A stretch of DNA of 64,000 bases, taken from the IMG/VR virus record IMGVR_UViG_3300005537_000001, positions 186,001 to 250,000 of that record, one strand, 5' to 3'. This document shows positions 1-8,730 of this stretch, piece after piece (the first letter of the stretch is position 1; every line of letters starts with the position of its first letter). Under the pieces are notes generated by a model that saw only the letters and a list, made by a program, of their open reading frames with translations, searched no databases and had not been told where the DNA came from. Made by a program: the position numbers and the translations under genes.

Positions 1-1
1 T

Positions 2-466
2 GGTGGTTTCGCTGAGCTAGCGATCTTTCGCGGGCACCGCTACGGTGTTACAAAGCAGGAGTTTAAAAAGAAGCTGGAGATGGGTCCAGCGTTTCTGATC
101 GTTGAGCCAAGCGGTATCGATCACTACGTGCAGCCAGCTCTCGATATGGGTGCTGTCTGGTTGAAGTATTTCGTTTACACCAAACCAGCTGAACTCGTTG
201 AACGTTTCAAGAAGCGGTTTGAAGCTGACGTTGCTAAGGTGCTCACCCCCATTGTGAGTCGCGAGGGCTATATTTCGCTTACACCAAATTCCAAAGTGAT
301 TGACACTGTCAAATCCTACACTGATCGTCTTATCCATCTGCTCGGACCTGAAGCGACGTGGTTTGAAGCCAAGCAGTGGGACGGCATCCTGTATGGTGAC
401 AAGCACCCAACCGAAAACTTGAAGATCATCGACGCCGATATCAGATATAAGCTGGATAACAACTGA
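2..466 (+). CDS. gmk: guanylate kinase-like P-loop nucleotide kinase, 5'-truncated by the window edge
   Basis: Frame is open from base 2 (GGFAELAIFRGHRYGVTKQEFKKKLEMGPAFLIVEPSG), resembling the Gmk FLEwAevhGnyYGT...vlLeidxqG segment. The ORF track starts at an internal Met. Confidence 0.6.
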   Translation, partial: GGFAELAIFRGHRYGVTKQEFKKKLEMGPAFLIVEPSGIDHYVQPALDMGAVWLKYFVYTKPAELVERFKKRFEADVAKVLTPIVSREGYISLTPNSKVIDTVKSYTDRLIHLLGPEATWFEAKQWDGILYGDKHPTENLKIIDADIRYKLDNN

Positions 467-489
467 ACGAAGCAAGATTCTAACGAGAG

Positions 490-495
490 TAAATA
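490..495 (+). promoter_or_regulatory. T4-like late promoter core TAAATA
   Basis: TAAATA lies 5 nt before ATG 501, with no Shine-Dalgarno. Confidence 0.55.
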
Positions 496-500
496 ACAAC

Positions 501-1097
501 ATGAAATTCACTGACGAAGAAGCCCTTCAACTTATGCGCGAGGGTGCCAAACTACCTAAGCCAGGGTTTGGAGCTTTGTCTCCAAGAGCGAACATGGTAT
601 CAGATCCAAAGAACGCTATAACTCCTGCTGAAGCGTTGAACAAAATTGAAAAATGGCGTGAAGGTCTACCAACTGACTGGGTTCAAGATATTGCCGATAT
701 GCATACGAAATTTGGTTTCAATGAAAAAACCAAAAAAATGGATACTAATACATTGAAGGCTCTTCTTAACTTTAGAATTGCATTTCTCAATGAAGAGTTA
801 ACTGAATTGCAAGAAGCAAAAAGCGCCGACGATGTTGTAGACGCATGTATCGATTTAATCGTTATCGCGATAGGAACTCTCAATCTATTTGAGGTAGATG
901 CTAATCTAGCATGGAATCGCGTTCACGGTGCCAACATGTCAAAACAAGCCGGAATTAAACCTGGTCGTAAATTTGCATCTGTTGGTCTTGATCTCATGAA
1001 GCCTGATGGTTGGACAGCTCCGACTCACGTAGACAACGTAGGACTGCTGCAATACTGCTTCGGTGTTCAACCATCACAACCATGGTCGGGAAAATAA
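501..1097 (+). CDS. MazG-like / PRA-PH-type all-alpha NTP pyrophosphohydrolase (dUTPase-like)
   Basis: RIAFLNEELTEL...DDVVDACIDLIVIAIG...AWNRVHGANMSK motif set. Confidence 0.8.
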   Translation: MKFTDEEALQLMREGAKLPKPGFGALSPRANMVSDPKNAITPAEALNKIEKWREGLPTDWVQDIADMHTKFGFNEKTKKMDTNTLKALLNFRIAFLNEELTELQEAKSADDVVDACIDLIVIAIGTLNLFEVDANLAWNRVHGANMSKQAGIKPGRKFASVGLDLMKPDGWTAPTHVDNVGLLQYCFGVQPSQPWSGK

Positions 1098-1099
1098 TC

Positions 1100-1315
1100 A
1101 TGCGAAAAATTGAACTAAAACCTAGGGATGATGGGTCATCTGATATTCTCATAGATGGTGAAAACCATCAGATCGCATGGACTAAAGAACTCACCTATGA
1201 CTTTAAGCATAACCATTATGAAAATCTTGAAGATGAAGTGCTCAACGCGCTTATGGGACATAATTTAACACTCGAAGAAGCTCAAGAAGTTATCAGGCTA
1301 GGGAAAACTAAATGA
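1100..1315 (+). CDS. hypothetical protein
   Basis: ATG 1100 just after the upstream stop; in frame with the track ORF. Confidence 0.6.
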   Translation: MRKIELKPRDDGSSDILIDGENHQIAWTKELTYDFKHNHYENLEDEVLNALMGHNLTLEEAQEVIRLGKTK

Positions 1316-1488
1316 CCAAACAAATCAAATCGGTTGACTATATTCTCAACGACAGGGGTGACACTAGCCACGCTATCGTTATCTATCTTGATGGTACTCG
1401 TGAAACTATCTCCTCGAAGGAGCGCATTCTCGAAGTCACCAACCAAATCAAGTTTCAATCTAAGCAAATTTTGATGGAAGGTACATGA
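1312..1488 (+). CDS. hypothetical protein (58 aa, absent from ORF track)
   Basis: MTKQIKSVDYILNDRGD...; ATGA overlaps at both ends. Confidence 0.6.
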   Translation: MTKQIKSVDYILNDRGDTSHAIVIYLDGTRETISSKERILEVTNQIKFQSKQILMEGT

Positions 1489-1670
1489 AAACTACCGTAG
1501 ATCAATTAATGCTGCTCCTGATGGACGAAGCACAGGATCTTCTCGATAAGCAAGATCCAGGCTATGAGATAGCGGTTGCTTATTCTGGAACGTCGGTTAT
1601 TCTCGACCCAACCGGAAAAGTTGTACTAATCATTAAACCGCCGAAGTGTATATTTGACGAGGTAGCATGA
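1485..1670 (+). CDS. hypothetical protein
   Basis: Coupled ATGA overlaps. Confidence 0.6.
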   Translation: MKTTVDQLMLLLMDEAQDLLDKQDPGYEIAVAYSGTSVILDPTGKVVLIIKPPKCIFDEVA

Positions 1671-1882
1671 GCATTTGGGCGCACGAACACGACCCGTCTC
1701 ACGCGATCAAAATCGTCTACCCGAATGAGATTGGGCTCAATAACATAGTCGAGCTGCACTATAGCATCGATCCAGTTACCCAGCTTGCTAAGTTTATTGT
1801 GTCGCTAGAGGCTTTACAAGACCTAGTGGCTTTAGCGAAGACCAAAGGTGTGAATATTGATCTCATAATGCTTGATCGCTAA
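1667..1882 (+). CDS. hypothetical protein
   Basis: Coupled ATGA overlap. Confidence 0.6.
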   Translation: MSIWAHEHDPSHAIKIVYPNEIGLNNIVELHYSIDPVTQLAKFIVSLEALQDLVALAKTKGVNIDLIMLDR

Positions 1883-1907
1883 CGAATTGAAGCGTTGTGC
1901 TTCAAAC

Positions 1908-1936
1908 CGAGTTGAGTACTCAACTCGAATTTTTTG
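1908..1936 (+). terminator. palindrome plus T-tract, probable intrinsic terminator
   Basis: CGAGTTGAGTACTCAACTCG is a perfect 20-bp palindrome followed by AATTTTTT. Confidence 0.55.
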
Positions 1937-1965
1937 ATGTATAAGAAATATTTAGGAGTCTCCAA

Positions 1966-2247
1966 ATGTCAGTATCTAAGTCAGTAGCTTCAGCTCAAAA
2001 GACGAAGCAGTTCCAGAACCTCATCGCCGCCGGTCTTCAGTTCGTATCAACGGACCGTCAGCTCGCCAACGGCTCACTTGCTTTCACCGGTAAGTTCAAG
2101 GCTGGTCGCAAGACGGTTCGTCCTTCTTACGTTGTAACCGCAAACGGCGCGGTACTCAGCAATGAGTTCAAGGCGCGTCAAGTCGGTAACTACCGCGAGG
2201 GTTTGGCCGCAGTTGCTGAAATTCTCAGCAAGCGCATTGGCGCGTAA
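1966..2247 (+). CDS. small basic hypothetical protein
   Basis: AGGAG RBS, biased codons, followed by its own terminator. Confidence 0.75.
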   Translation: MSVSKSVASAQKTKQFQNLIAAGLQFVSTDRQLANGSLAFTGKFKAGRKTVRPSYVVTANGAVLSNEFKARQVGNYREGLAAVAEILSKRIGA

Positions 2248-2271
2248 GCAACCTGCTAATTTAGCTGTTGC

Positions 2272-2307
2272 AAAGGGACTCCTTTAACCGGGAGTCCCTT
2301 TTTGTTT
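2272..2307 (+). terminator. intrinsic terminator
   Basis: AAAGGGACTCC-N8-GGAGTCCCTTT stem followed by TTGTTT. Confidence 0.85.
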
Positions 2308-2317
2308 AGATCCTGAA

Positions 2318-2323
2318 TAAATA
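2318..2323 (+). promoter_or_regulatory. late promoter TAAATA heading the 2357-9713 cluster
   Basis: Motif lies directly after the terminator and 33 nt before the ATG. Confidence 0.6.
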
Positions 2324-2356
2324 CGTAGCGTACTTTACCATCAGGATCATCACTAA

Positions 2357-4228
2357 ATGAAACTCTTTGACATATTTGAAGCTGAAATCGCTACAAAGAA
2401 CGTTAGCGTCGCGCTTCCCAAGATAGCTTCATATCTTGCTAGAAAGCTTGGCGTTAAGCTTCTTCGAGTTCCTGGAGTTGAGCACTTCCACAACTCAGAT
2501 GGAAATGGTTACGGCGTACGCTACATAGTTTCTGGTGGTACCCGCTGCTTCAGAATAAACTGGAATACCGAAGGTAGCGTAGGACAGATTGCTAGCATTC
2601 ATTCGTTCGACATCTTCAACGGTACGTCCCATGATCCGACGTTTACCATTCACACCAAAGGCATCAACTTCGCCCACGCTTTACCAATGGTCGTAGCGAT
2701 AGCTCGTTCACCAGCCCTTGGTCGCCACTACATGTTTCCAGTTGACCCAAAGCTAGCTCTTACTGAAGGCGTTGTCACAGAGGTCGACAAGCCAAACGCA
2801 TTCAAAGAGGCGCTAAAGGTTAAGTGTCCGCTCTGCAAGGCAGAACCCGGTAAGGGTTGCGTAGGCGTGAGTGGTTGGCGCAAGGGCAAACAGCTTAGCA
2901 CCCTTCACAACGAGCGCCTACGAGCAGCTGGGTTTGGCACTCAAATAACGGAGTCAATTGTTGGTAAAAATGTTAGCGTGACATTTACGCATGATGACAA
3001 GCATCGTGGATCCATAGTTGACGCTGTAAGAATCAGAGCTAAAGATGATAAGGACGCTCGTAGAATATTCGATGAGGAATTTTCAAAGAATTATAAAAAT
3101 CCAAAAATCACCCGTATTCTTTTTCATTACCCGATGAAGCCAATGAAAGAAGCTTTGAACGAAGCGCATCGCGATGACTTCACCGCCGAAGAAGCTCTCA
3201 CCGACTTCTTGAAGCAGCTTGCCCAAGGTAAGACGATGACCCGTTCCGACTTCATCGGTCAGTATCACATCGTCAACGCCGGCATCTTCGACACCGTATT
3301 CAACAACTTCAAGGATAAATTTCGCATCGAGCAAAAACGAGTAGCGCTCGCGTCTAATACTAAGCTTGAAGCACTCAAGGATTCCATCCTCTCCAAGGCA
3401 GGAATCGTCGAAGTTACGAAGGGTGGCACCAAGGAAATTTACCTCAAGGGAGCTCAGGAAGAGCAGGTGGAAAAGGAAGCTGGTGATCGAGTTCCCTACG
3501 AAGACACTCTCGAGCACCTTGAAGGTCTCGTGGTGGCGCTCATCAAGGGTTCTACAAACGCCCTGTTTGTAGCTGGTAAGGGTGGCACCGGTAAAACTCA
3601 GACCGTAGAGCGCGTTCTCCACGCGGCTGGTTTATCGGATGGTAAGGGATACTTCAAGAATTCCGGTTCGGCATCAGCTTCTGGCGTCTACACTTTACTT
3701 TATCACCACCGTAATGATATAATTCTATTCGATGACTCTGACGGTGCTCTTCGAGACACAGACGCGCGCAACCTTATCAAGGCGGCCACCGACACGAAGA
3801 AGGTTCGTAAGCTTGTTTGGAACAAGAAATCATCCTTCATTTTCAATCCAGAAGAAGAGGATCCAGAAGCATATGAAGACGATCTTGGTATGGCACCTCA
3901 ATACTTTGACTTCAAAGGCCGAATCATTTTTATTTCTAACTTGTCACTCGATCAACTGGATCCCGATGGAGCCCTTCGTACCCGCGCTTTCGTTATCAAC
4001 GTTGATCCTACTGATGAAGAGCTGGTAAGCCACATGGGCAAAATCCTCATGGACATCAAGCTTGAGGATGGATTGGTTCTTGACAAGGCAGCTCGCGAGC
4101 ACGTGCTTGAAGTGGTTAAAACATCCAAGCGCAAGGGAGCTGTATCTCTCCGAATGTTGGTACGCGCGCTAAATCTCGCGGCCTCGGGAGCTCCCAACTG
4201 GGCAAAACTAGTTGAGCTGTACGCATAA
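2357..4228 (+). CDS. multidomain protein with a CPxC zinc-finger insert and a C-terminal AAA+ ATPase
   Basis: Walker A GKGGTGKT, Walker B IILFDDSD, FISN sensor and ALRTR finger; CPLCKAEPGKGC...H zinc finger; MKLFDIFEAE N-terminus. Confidence 0.8.
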   Translation: MKLFDIFEAEIATKNVSVALPKIASYLARKLGVKLLRVPGVEHFHNSDGNGYGVRYIVSGGTRCFRINWNTEGSVGQIASIHSFDIFNGTSHDPTFTIHTKGINFAHALPMVVAIARSPALGRHYMFPVDPKLALTEGVVTEVDKPNAFKEALKVKCPLCKAEPGKGCVGVSGWRKGKQLSTLHNERLRAAGFGTQITESIVGKNVSVTFTHDDKHRGSIVDAVRIRAKDDKDARRIFDEEFSKNYKNPKITRILFHYPMKPMKEALNEAHRDDFTAEEALTDFLKQLAQGKTMTRSDFIGQYHIVNAGIFDTVFNNFKDKFRIEQKRVALASNTKLEALKDSILSKAGIVEVTKGGTKEIYLKGAQEEQVEKEAGDRVPYEDTLEHLEGLVVALIKGSTNALFVAGKGGTGKTQTVERVLHAAGLSDGKGYFKNSGSASASGVYTLLYHHRNDIILFDDSDGALRDTDARNLIKAATDTKKVRKLVWNKKSSFIFNPEEEDPEAYEDDLGMAPQYFDFKGRIIFISNLSLDQLDPDGALRTRAFVINVDPTDEELVSHMGKILMDIKLEDGLVLDKAAREHVLEVVKTSKRKGAVSLRMLVRALNLAASGAPNWAKLVELYA

Positions 4229-4707
4229 TGAATCTATCTGAAATATTTAATTCGCGCGCTGACGTTGATTGGACTAGTGGATTTGGAAAATTCACGCTAG
4301 ACAACGTTACATATGGGATTTCAGCCGTGAAAGATAGTCTTGGGGATATAAGCGGGCTTGAAATATTTTTCTATACAGTTGACGATAAACATAGAAAAAT
4401 GGAGCTGACAAAACTTGATCAAAACCAATTTAAAGTTATAGGCATCGTTAAAAATGCGATTAAGCAGAAATTTCCAGGGGAAGAAGTTATTTGGTTTGTA
4501 GCAAAACATGGAATTGATGGTGAAGATATAACGCGCAGATCACATTTTTACGGGATGCTACTATCACGATTATCTAGAGAACTCAACTATCTTCAAATTT
4601 CCGGAATGTTCGGTACCGATCATGTTTATGTTCTATTCAAAGATCATTCACTACTCAGCGCGATAGCATCTAAGCTGGATAAAGTTGATGGAGAGTCAGA
4701 AGCATGA
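4228..4707 (+). CDS. hypothetical protein, putative virion-internal
   Basis: Coupled to the upstream gene; MNLSEIF N-terminus. Confidence 0.7.
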   Translation: MNLSEIFNSRADVDWTSGFGKFTLDNVTYGISAVKDSLGDISGLEIFFYTVDDKHRKMELTKLDQNQFKVIGIVKNAIKQKFPGEEVIWFVAKHGIDGEDITRRSHFYGMLLSRLSRELNYLQISGMFGTDHVYVLFKDHSLLSAIASKLDKVDGESEA

Positions 4708-5345
4708 AGCTCTTCGAAATACACAGTCCACCAGAAAAGCAGGATCTTCAGAAGCTTAGAAGCGTACTTTCTAAACCTCTTAGGCTCAAGAAATCAGACA
4801 CAAATGATTTTTATTCTGCCACGCTCTATGCAAATAGAGTGATGCATTGGGCTACGTCAATGTCTGGTACAGCTCGTTTAGATTTATCCACCATAGGTGA
4901 TGATCTACAATCTCTCATTATGCGCTTCACGTTAACGTGGTTTAAGAAAATAGTTGAAGAGCATGAAGGATCCAAGAAAAATTTACAAAACGATCTGCTT
5001 GATATCAAAAAGTGGATTCGCGATCTGAAATTTTCAAAATTTCCAACTGCAGAAATTGATGTGCTCTACAAAGCCATTTCTACACCCACAAAGAAAGTTA
5101 CTGAAGGCACAATTCCTGACGAAGAAATTACCATCACGATGGGTGTGAGGGGTGACGCTAAGCAGAAGATAGCTGAACTCCTTCACTACATCTCAAACGC
5201 ATGCTCGATGGGTTGCAGCCGCACCTGGGGTGTCGTCAATGGTGATCGAGATGAAGATTGGAAGGTTGACTTTGACGGTGATGGCGCGGATAAATTGGTC
5301 GATGTAAAGATTAATGGTCAGAAAGTTAAGGATTTCATGCGATGA
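4704..5345 (+). CDS. hypothetical protein, putative virion-internal
   Basis: MKLFEI N-terminus; divergent copy of the shared helical module. Confidence 0.7.
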   Translation: MKLFEIHSPPEKQDLQKLRSVLSKPLRLKKSDTNDFYSATLYANRVMHWATSMSGTARLDLSTIGDDLQSLIMRFTLTWFKKIVEEHEGSKKNLQNDLLDIKKWIRDLKFSKFPTAEIDVLYKAISTPTKKVTEGTIPDEEITITMGVRGDAKQKIAELLHYISNACSMGCSRTWGVVNGDRDEDWKVDFDGDGADKLVDVKINGQKVKDFMR

Positions 5346-5716
5346 AGCTGGAAGAACTTACGGCGCATCCATGCCGTTGGTCACTAGCTTTTGAAGGCAA
5401 CATGTCGCGCTATTACGGATCTGATGGCGTCGATATGAAGAAGTTGAAGCGAGCAATTTCGAACAAGTTTGATGATCTAGATGCTAAAACGCAGGATGCC
5501 TTGGTAGGTATCTATCACTGGTTAGAATTGAACGAGAAGGATTTAACCAGCAAGAAGAAGGTAATTGCGACGCTGTTAGGATTTTACAAGATGATTGATC
5601 ACAATGATACAGCCGACTATGACATCGTGAAGCAGCTAATTGAAAATTTTAGGACGTTGGGAATAGATTATCCAGAATTCAAGTCGATTGAGAAAAGTAT
5701 GGAGAGCCAGAAATGA
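5342..5716 (+). CDS. hypothetical protein with shared xPEF module
   Basis: C-terminal FRTLGIDYPEFKSIEKSM. Confidence 0.75.
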   Translation: MKLEELTAHPCRWSLAFEGNMSRYYGSDGVDMKKLKRAISNKFDDLDAKTQDALVGIYHWLELNEKDLTSKKKVIATLLGFYKMIDHNDTADYDIVKQLIENFRTLGIDYPEFKSIEKSMESQK

Positions 5717-6546
5717 GTTTAATTCAACAGTTGCTCGAAGCGCTGATGGGCCAAAAGCAGAAGCGGCTCGAGTTTCTAGTGCAAACCTACGCTCCCAAAT
5801 GGAAAGGCGTTGAGGGCTACAAGGACATTGAGAAATTCGTTGAGCGCGTCGGCACGCTCGACCCATCCCACAATGGTGCGTACATGCAGTGGATGATGAA
5901 GCTGGTGCTAAAGGATCCACACGAGAACAAGGTAGAGGATCTCGAGCGAGTTGCCGGTGATCTCAAGACGTTCGAAGAAAATAAGGCGCGCATCCAAAAC
6001 AAGGATGTCAATTCCTACAAGAGTTTCCAGGAACTGTTCAACGTAATCGAGCCATTCACCAAGCCCCGTGAAAAGAGCAAGGAAGAGCTTGAGATGGATA
6101 AGGATCTCGAGAAGCGAGAGAAAATTCGCAAGGACATCGATACCGTTTACGAAGGCCCAGAAGGTTGGATTAAAATTCCAATGACCAAGCAGGCATCGGT
6201 GTACCTTGGTCAACACACCCGCTGGTGCACCGCCGCGACGCAGTCAAGCAACATGTTCGACAGCTACAACAAGCGCGACAAGCTTTTCGTCATCTACGAC
6301 AAGGAAAAGAAAACGCGTACCCAGCTCCACGTTCAAGGAGGAGAATACCGCGACGAGAAGGATGCCTACATCGGCGTGTCAAAGCTTCCAGGCTGGGCTG
6401 GCAAGGCGATCGTTGCGTGGTACAAGAAGAATCCTGAGAAGATGGGACTGAAGCACGTCATGACTCTCGGCTCTCACGACCCGTCAATCGCTAAGGGTAC
6501 GCAGCACGAAGACGTTCTGAAACTAATGCAAAAATATGGGGTTTAG
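5713..6546 (+). CDS. hypothetical protein with a TRWCTA motif (PcfJ-like domain, tentative)
   Basis: ASVYLGQHTRWCTAA..NMFDSY motif; family call from memory of large-phage proteins. Confidence 0.55.
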   Translation: MSLIQQLLEALMGQKQKRLEFLVQTYAPKWKGVEGYKDIEKFVERVGTLDPSHNGAYMQWMMKLVLKDPHENKVEDLERVAGDLKTFEENKARIQNKDVNSYKSFQELFNVIEPFTKPREKSKEELEMDKDLEKREKIRKDIDTVYEGPEGWIKIPMTKQASVYLGQHTRWCTAATQSSNMFDSYNKRDKLFVIYDKEKKTRTQLHVQGGEYRDEKDAYIGVSKLPGWAGKAIVAWYKKNPEKMGLKHVMTLGSHDPSIAKGTQHEDVLKLMQKYGV

Positions 6547-6547
6547 C

Positions 6548-7462
6548 ATGAGTTTATCCAAGTACGCGCTGTTTATCGAGGCGGCCCAGAAGAAGGGTGA
6601 CACCAGGCCACAAGCTAAGGCCGGCACCAAGGAACGTGAGAAGATAAACAACCTAGATGACCTTCTAGGCGGCCCAAAATCGAAGGGAAGTCTCGCAAAG
6701 CCAGAACCTAAAGTTGAACCAAAATCGGCTGGAGCTGCAAAGCTTAAGGCTGCCGGTGCCGAGAAAACTAGCTTCAAGGCAGCATCAGCAACTATCGACG
6801 CAAGCAAGGCACCACGATTTAACCCTGATGAGATAGATACCAGTCAAGAAACGGATGACGTTGAAGCTTCTCACAGCGTTGGTCATTCTACAGCTGGACA
6901 CAAACCAAAACCGGTAACACCTAACACGCTCCCTGCCGTAATCTCAAAGGCGCTCACCACGATTGGTAAGGATGTCGCAAACATCGAACCAGAGTGGCAC
7001 ATGGTAAAGCATCTTCCTGGCTACATGTCAAAGGCGATCCGGGCGCTCGGGCGGCAGGTATTCTCTCCATTCACCAACACAAAGATAGAAGATATTCAAG
7101 TTGTCGCTCACGTTGGCGGTGGACCAAATACTGAAGCTGAAGTTAACGCGGTGTCCAAGTATGTTTCTGGACATGGTACCCGCGATAAAACTGCTGAGCT
7201 TGCCTTTCAAAAGGTTCTTCCAGACTACAAGGCACAGGTTGTTTCCTACAACTGCGATGGCATCACGTTCTTCATGGTGAAGGATTTCGCTGGCCACTAC
7301 ATCTACGCGTGGCCGCAGTCAGATAGCAAGGACGTTGGTGGAACAGCTCAGGCTGGAATAGAACACTCGCGTCAAGCAAGAGCCGAGCTAACTCACGATC
7401 GCAAGCTTATCGGTCATGATACCGACGACTTGAAAGATCTCATGTCAAAATACGGACTATAA
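6548..7462 (+). CDS. hypothetical protein with a K/A/P-rich N-terminal region
   Basis: ATG 6548 follows the upstream stop; long ORF with phage-like codon use. Confidence 0.75.
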   Translation: MSLSKYALFIEAAQKKGDTRPQAKAGTKEREKINNLDDLLGGPKSKGSLAKPEPKVEPKSAGAAKLKAAGAEKTSFKAASATIDASKAPRFNPDEIDTSQETDDVEASHSVGHSTAGHKPKPVTPNTLPAVISKALTTIGKDVANIEPEWHMVKHLPGYMSKAIRALGRQVFSPFTNTKIEDIQVVAHVGGGPNTEAEVNAVSKYVSGHGTRDKTAELAFQKVLPDYKAQVVSYNCDGITFFMVKDFAGHYIYAWPQSDSKDVGGTAQAGIEHSRQARAELTHDRKLIGHDTDDLKDLMSKYGL

Positions 7463-7464
7463 CT

Positions 7465-8730
7465 ATGCTGGTTTCAGAACTCCTATACGAAAGCATAATC
7501 CTTGAGCATCTTGGTAACCTTGCTCAGCTGAAAGTTGGGGCCATGATCAACATCCTCAAGCAAACAGGCCACATGGGTAGTGGTTCTGGCAAGCGGGCGT
7601 CCGGACCATCAACGTCACCAATTGGCAGACGATTTGGTAATTCATATTCCGGATCGGAAATTGGCGCGAGCAGCAAAATAGTTGACGTGGGCGTCATCAA
7701 GGATGGCATCAAAGGTCTAAGGCAGGCGTTCAAAAAGCACAGCGAAGCCAAAGCCTTCGCGCTTTACGTTGGTGGTCACGCGGTAGCCTTTGGGTCATTT
7801 GACGCGCATGATTTAGGAGGGCAGGCGCGTGGAGGTCTATTCGCATATGATTTAACTTCTCTTGAATCGGAAGTCAACAAGGAGCACGAGGCCAATCTAG
7901 CCAAGCATAAAACGCAGAGCTGGACTACTCCACCAACTCGTCTTGCAACAAGCTCTTTTCACCGTAAGATGCCGGAAGGCACGCTTGTATACGCCGACGT
8001 TGCTGACAAGGACGAATTTATCAAGGGTCTGTTGAAGCTTGTAAGAGCTGAAAAATATGGGGCGGTGAAGGCAAGCATCATGCTTGCCAAAAAGGATGGC
8101 CACAAACTTCCCGAGTTTGACAGCATAATCAAGAGCGTTGAGCATTCTGAGAAAATCGAAAATCAGGATCGATACATCTCACGGTGGGACAGGGAGCGCG
8201 ATGAGGTCAAGAATTACCAGGGTAAGATTACATCTACCGGTGAGTTCATGCACTTTCTAACCAGACTCATTGTCTTGGCCGACAAGAAACCAATTACGGC
8301 TAAGTTGGTTGTGCGCGATCCGGATCTTTACCAGCTGCGCGTTGATCGCAATAAGCGCAGACCAGCTGAACTATCTACACAGCAGTCCCTTGAAGACCTA
8401 AAGATTCGGCTTACCAAGTTCAAGCTAGCCAAGAAACCAACGGTCAACTCCATCCATGAATTCATTGATGAAGCAAAGAAGAAGGTTCTCAAGGTTGTCC
8501 AATTTGACGGAAGAAGCTGGAGCACCATCCCTAAGAAAACATGGGATAGTGACAAAATAGCGCCAGAAGATTTACTTGCTGGAAGATCCTTCAAGCTAAG
8601 GTACAGCACCAAGGATCCAGGTGCCTACGAAAGCATTTACATCACCTACAAGTTTGACCCAAGCACAAGCACTATCGCGCCAATCAATGCCGAATGGTCC
8701 GGTAAGAAAGTTACTCTTGGTAAAGAATGA
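7465..8730 (+). CDS. hypothetical protein with shared xPEF module
   Basis: MLVSELLYE start; internal KDGHKLPEFDSIIKSV. Confidence 0.75.
   Translation: MLVSELLYESIILEHLGNLAQLKVGAMINILKQTGHMGSGSGKRASGPSTSPIGRRFGNSYSGSEIGASSKIVDVGVIKDGIKGLRQAFKKHSEAKAFALYVGGHAVAFGSFDAHDLGGQARGGLFAYDLTSLESEVNKEHEANLAKHKTQSWTTPPTRLATSSFHRKMPEGTLVYADVADKDEFIKGLLKLVRAEKYGAVKASIMLAKKDGHKLPEFDSIIKSVEHSEKIENQDRYISRWDRERDEVKNYQGKITSTGEFMHFLTRLIVLADKKPITAKLVVRDPDLYQLRVDRNKRRPAELSTQQSLEDLKIRLTKFKLAKKPTVNSIHEFIDEAKKKVLKVVQFDGRSWSTIPKKTWDSDKIAPEDLLAGRSFKLRYSTKDPGAYESIYITYKFDPSTSTIAPINAEWSGKKVTLGKE

Noticed and set aside
3083-3622. Long antisense ORFs (also 14117-14716, 16823-17542, 27569-28054, 29541-30125, 34503-34961, 55612-56340, 59699-60205)
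   Set aside because: They are shadows of well-supported genes on the opposite strand with biased codons, and have no RBS or motifs.
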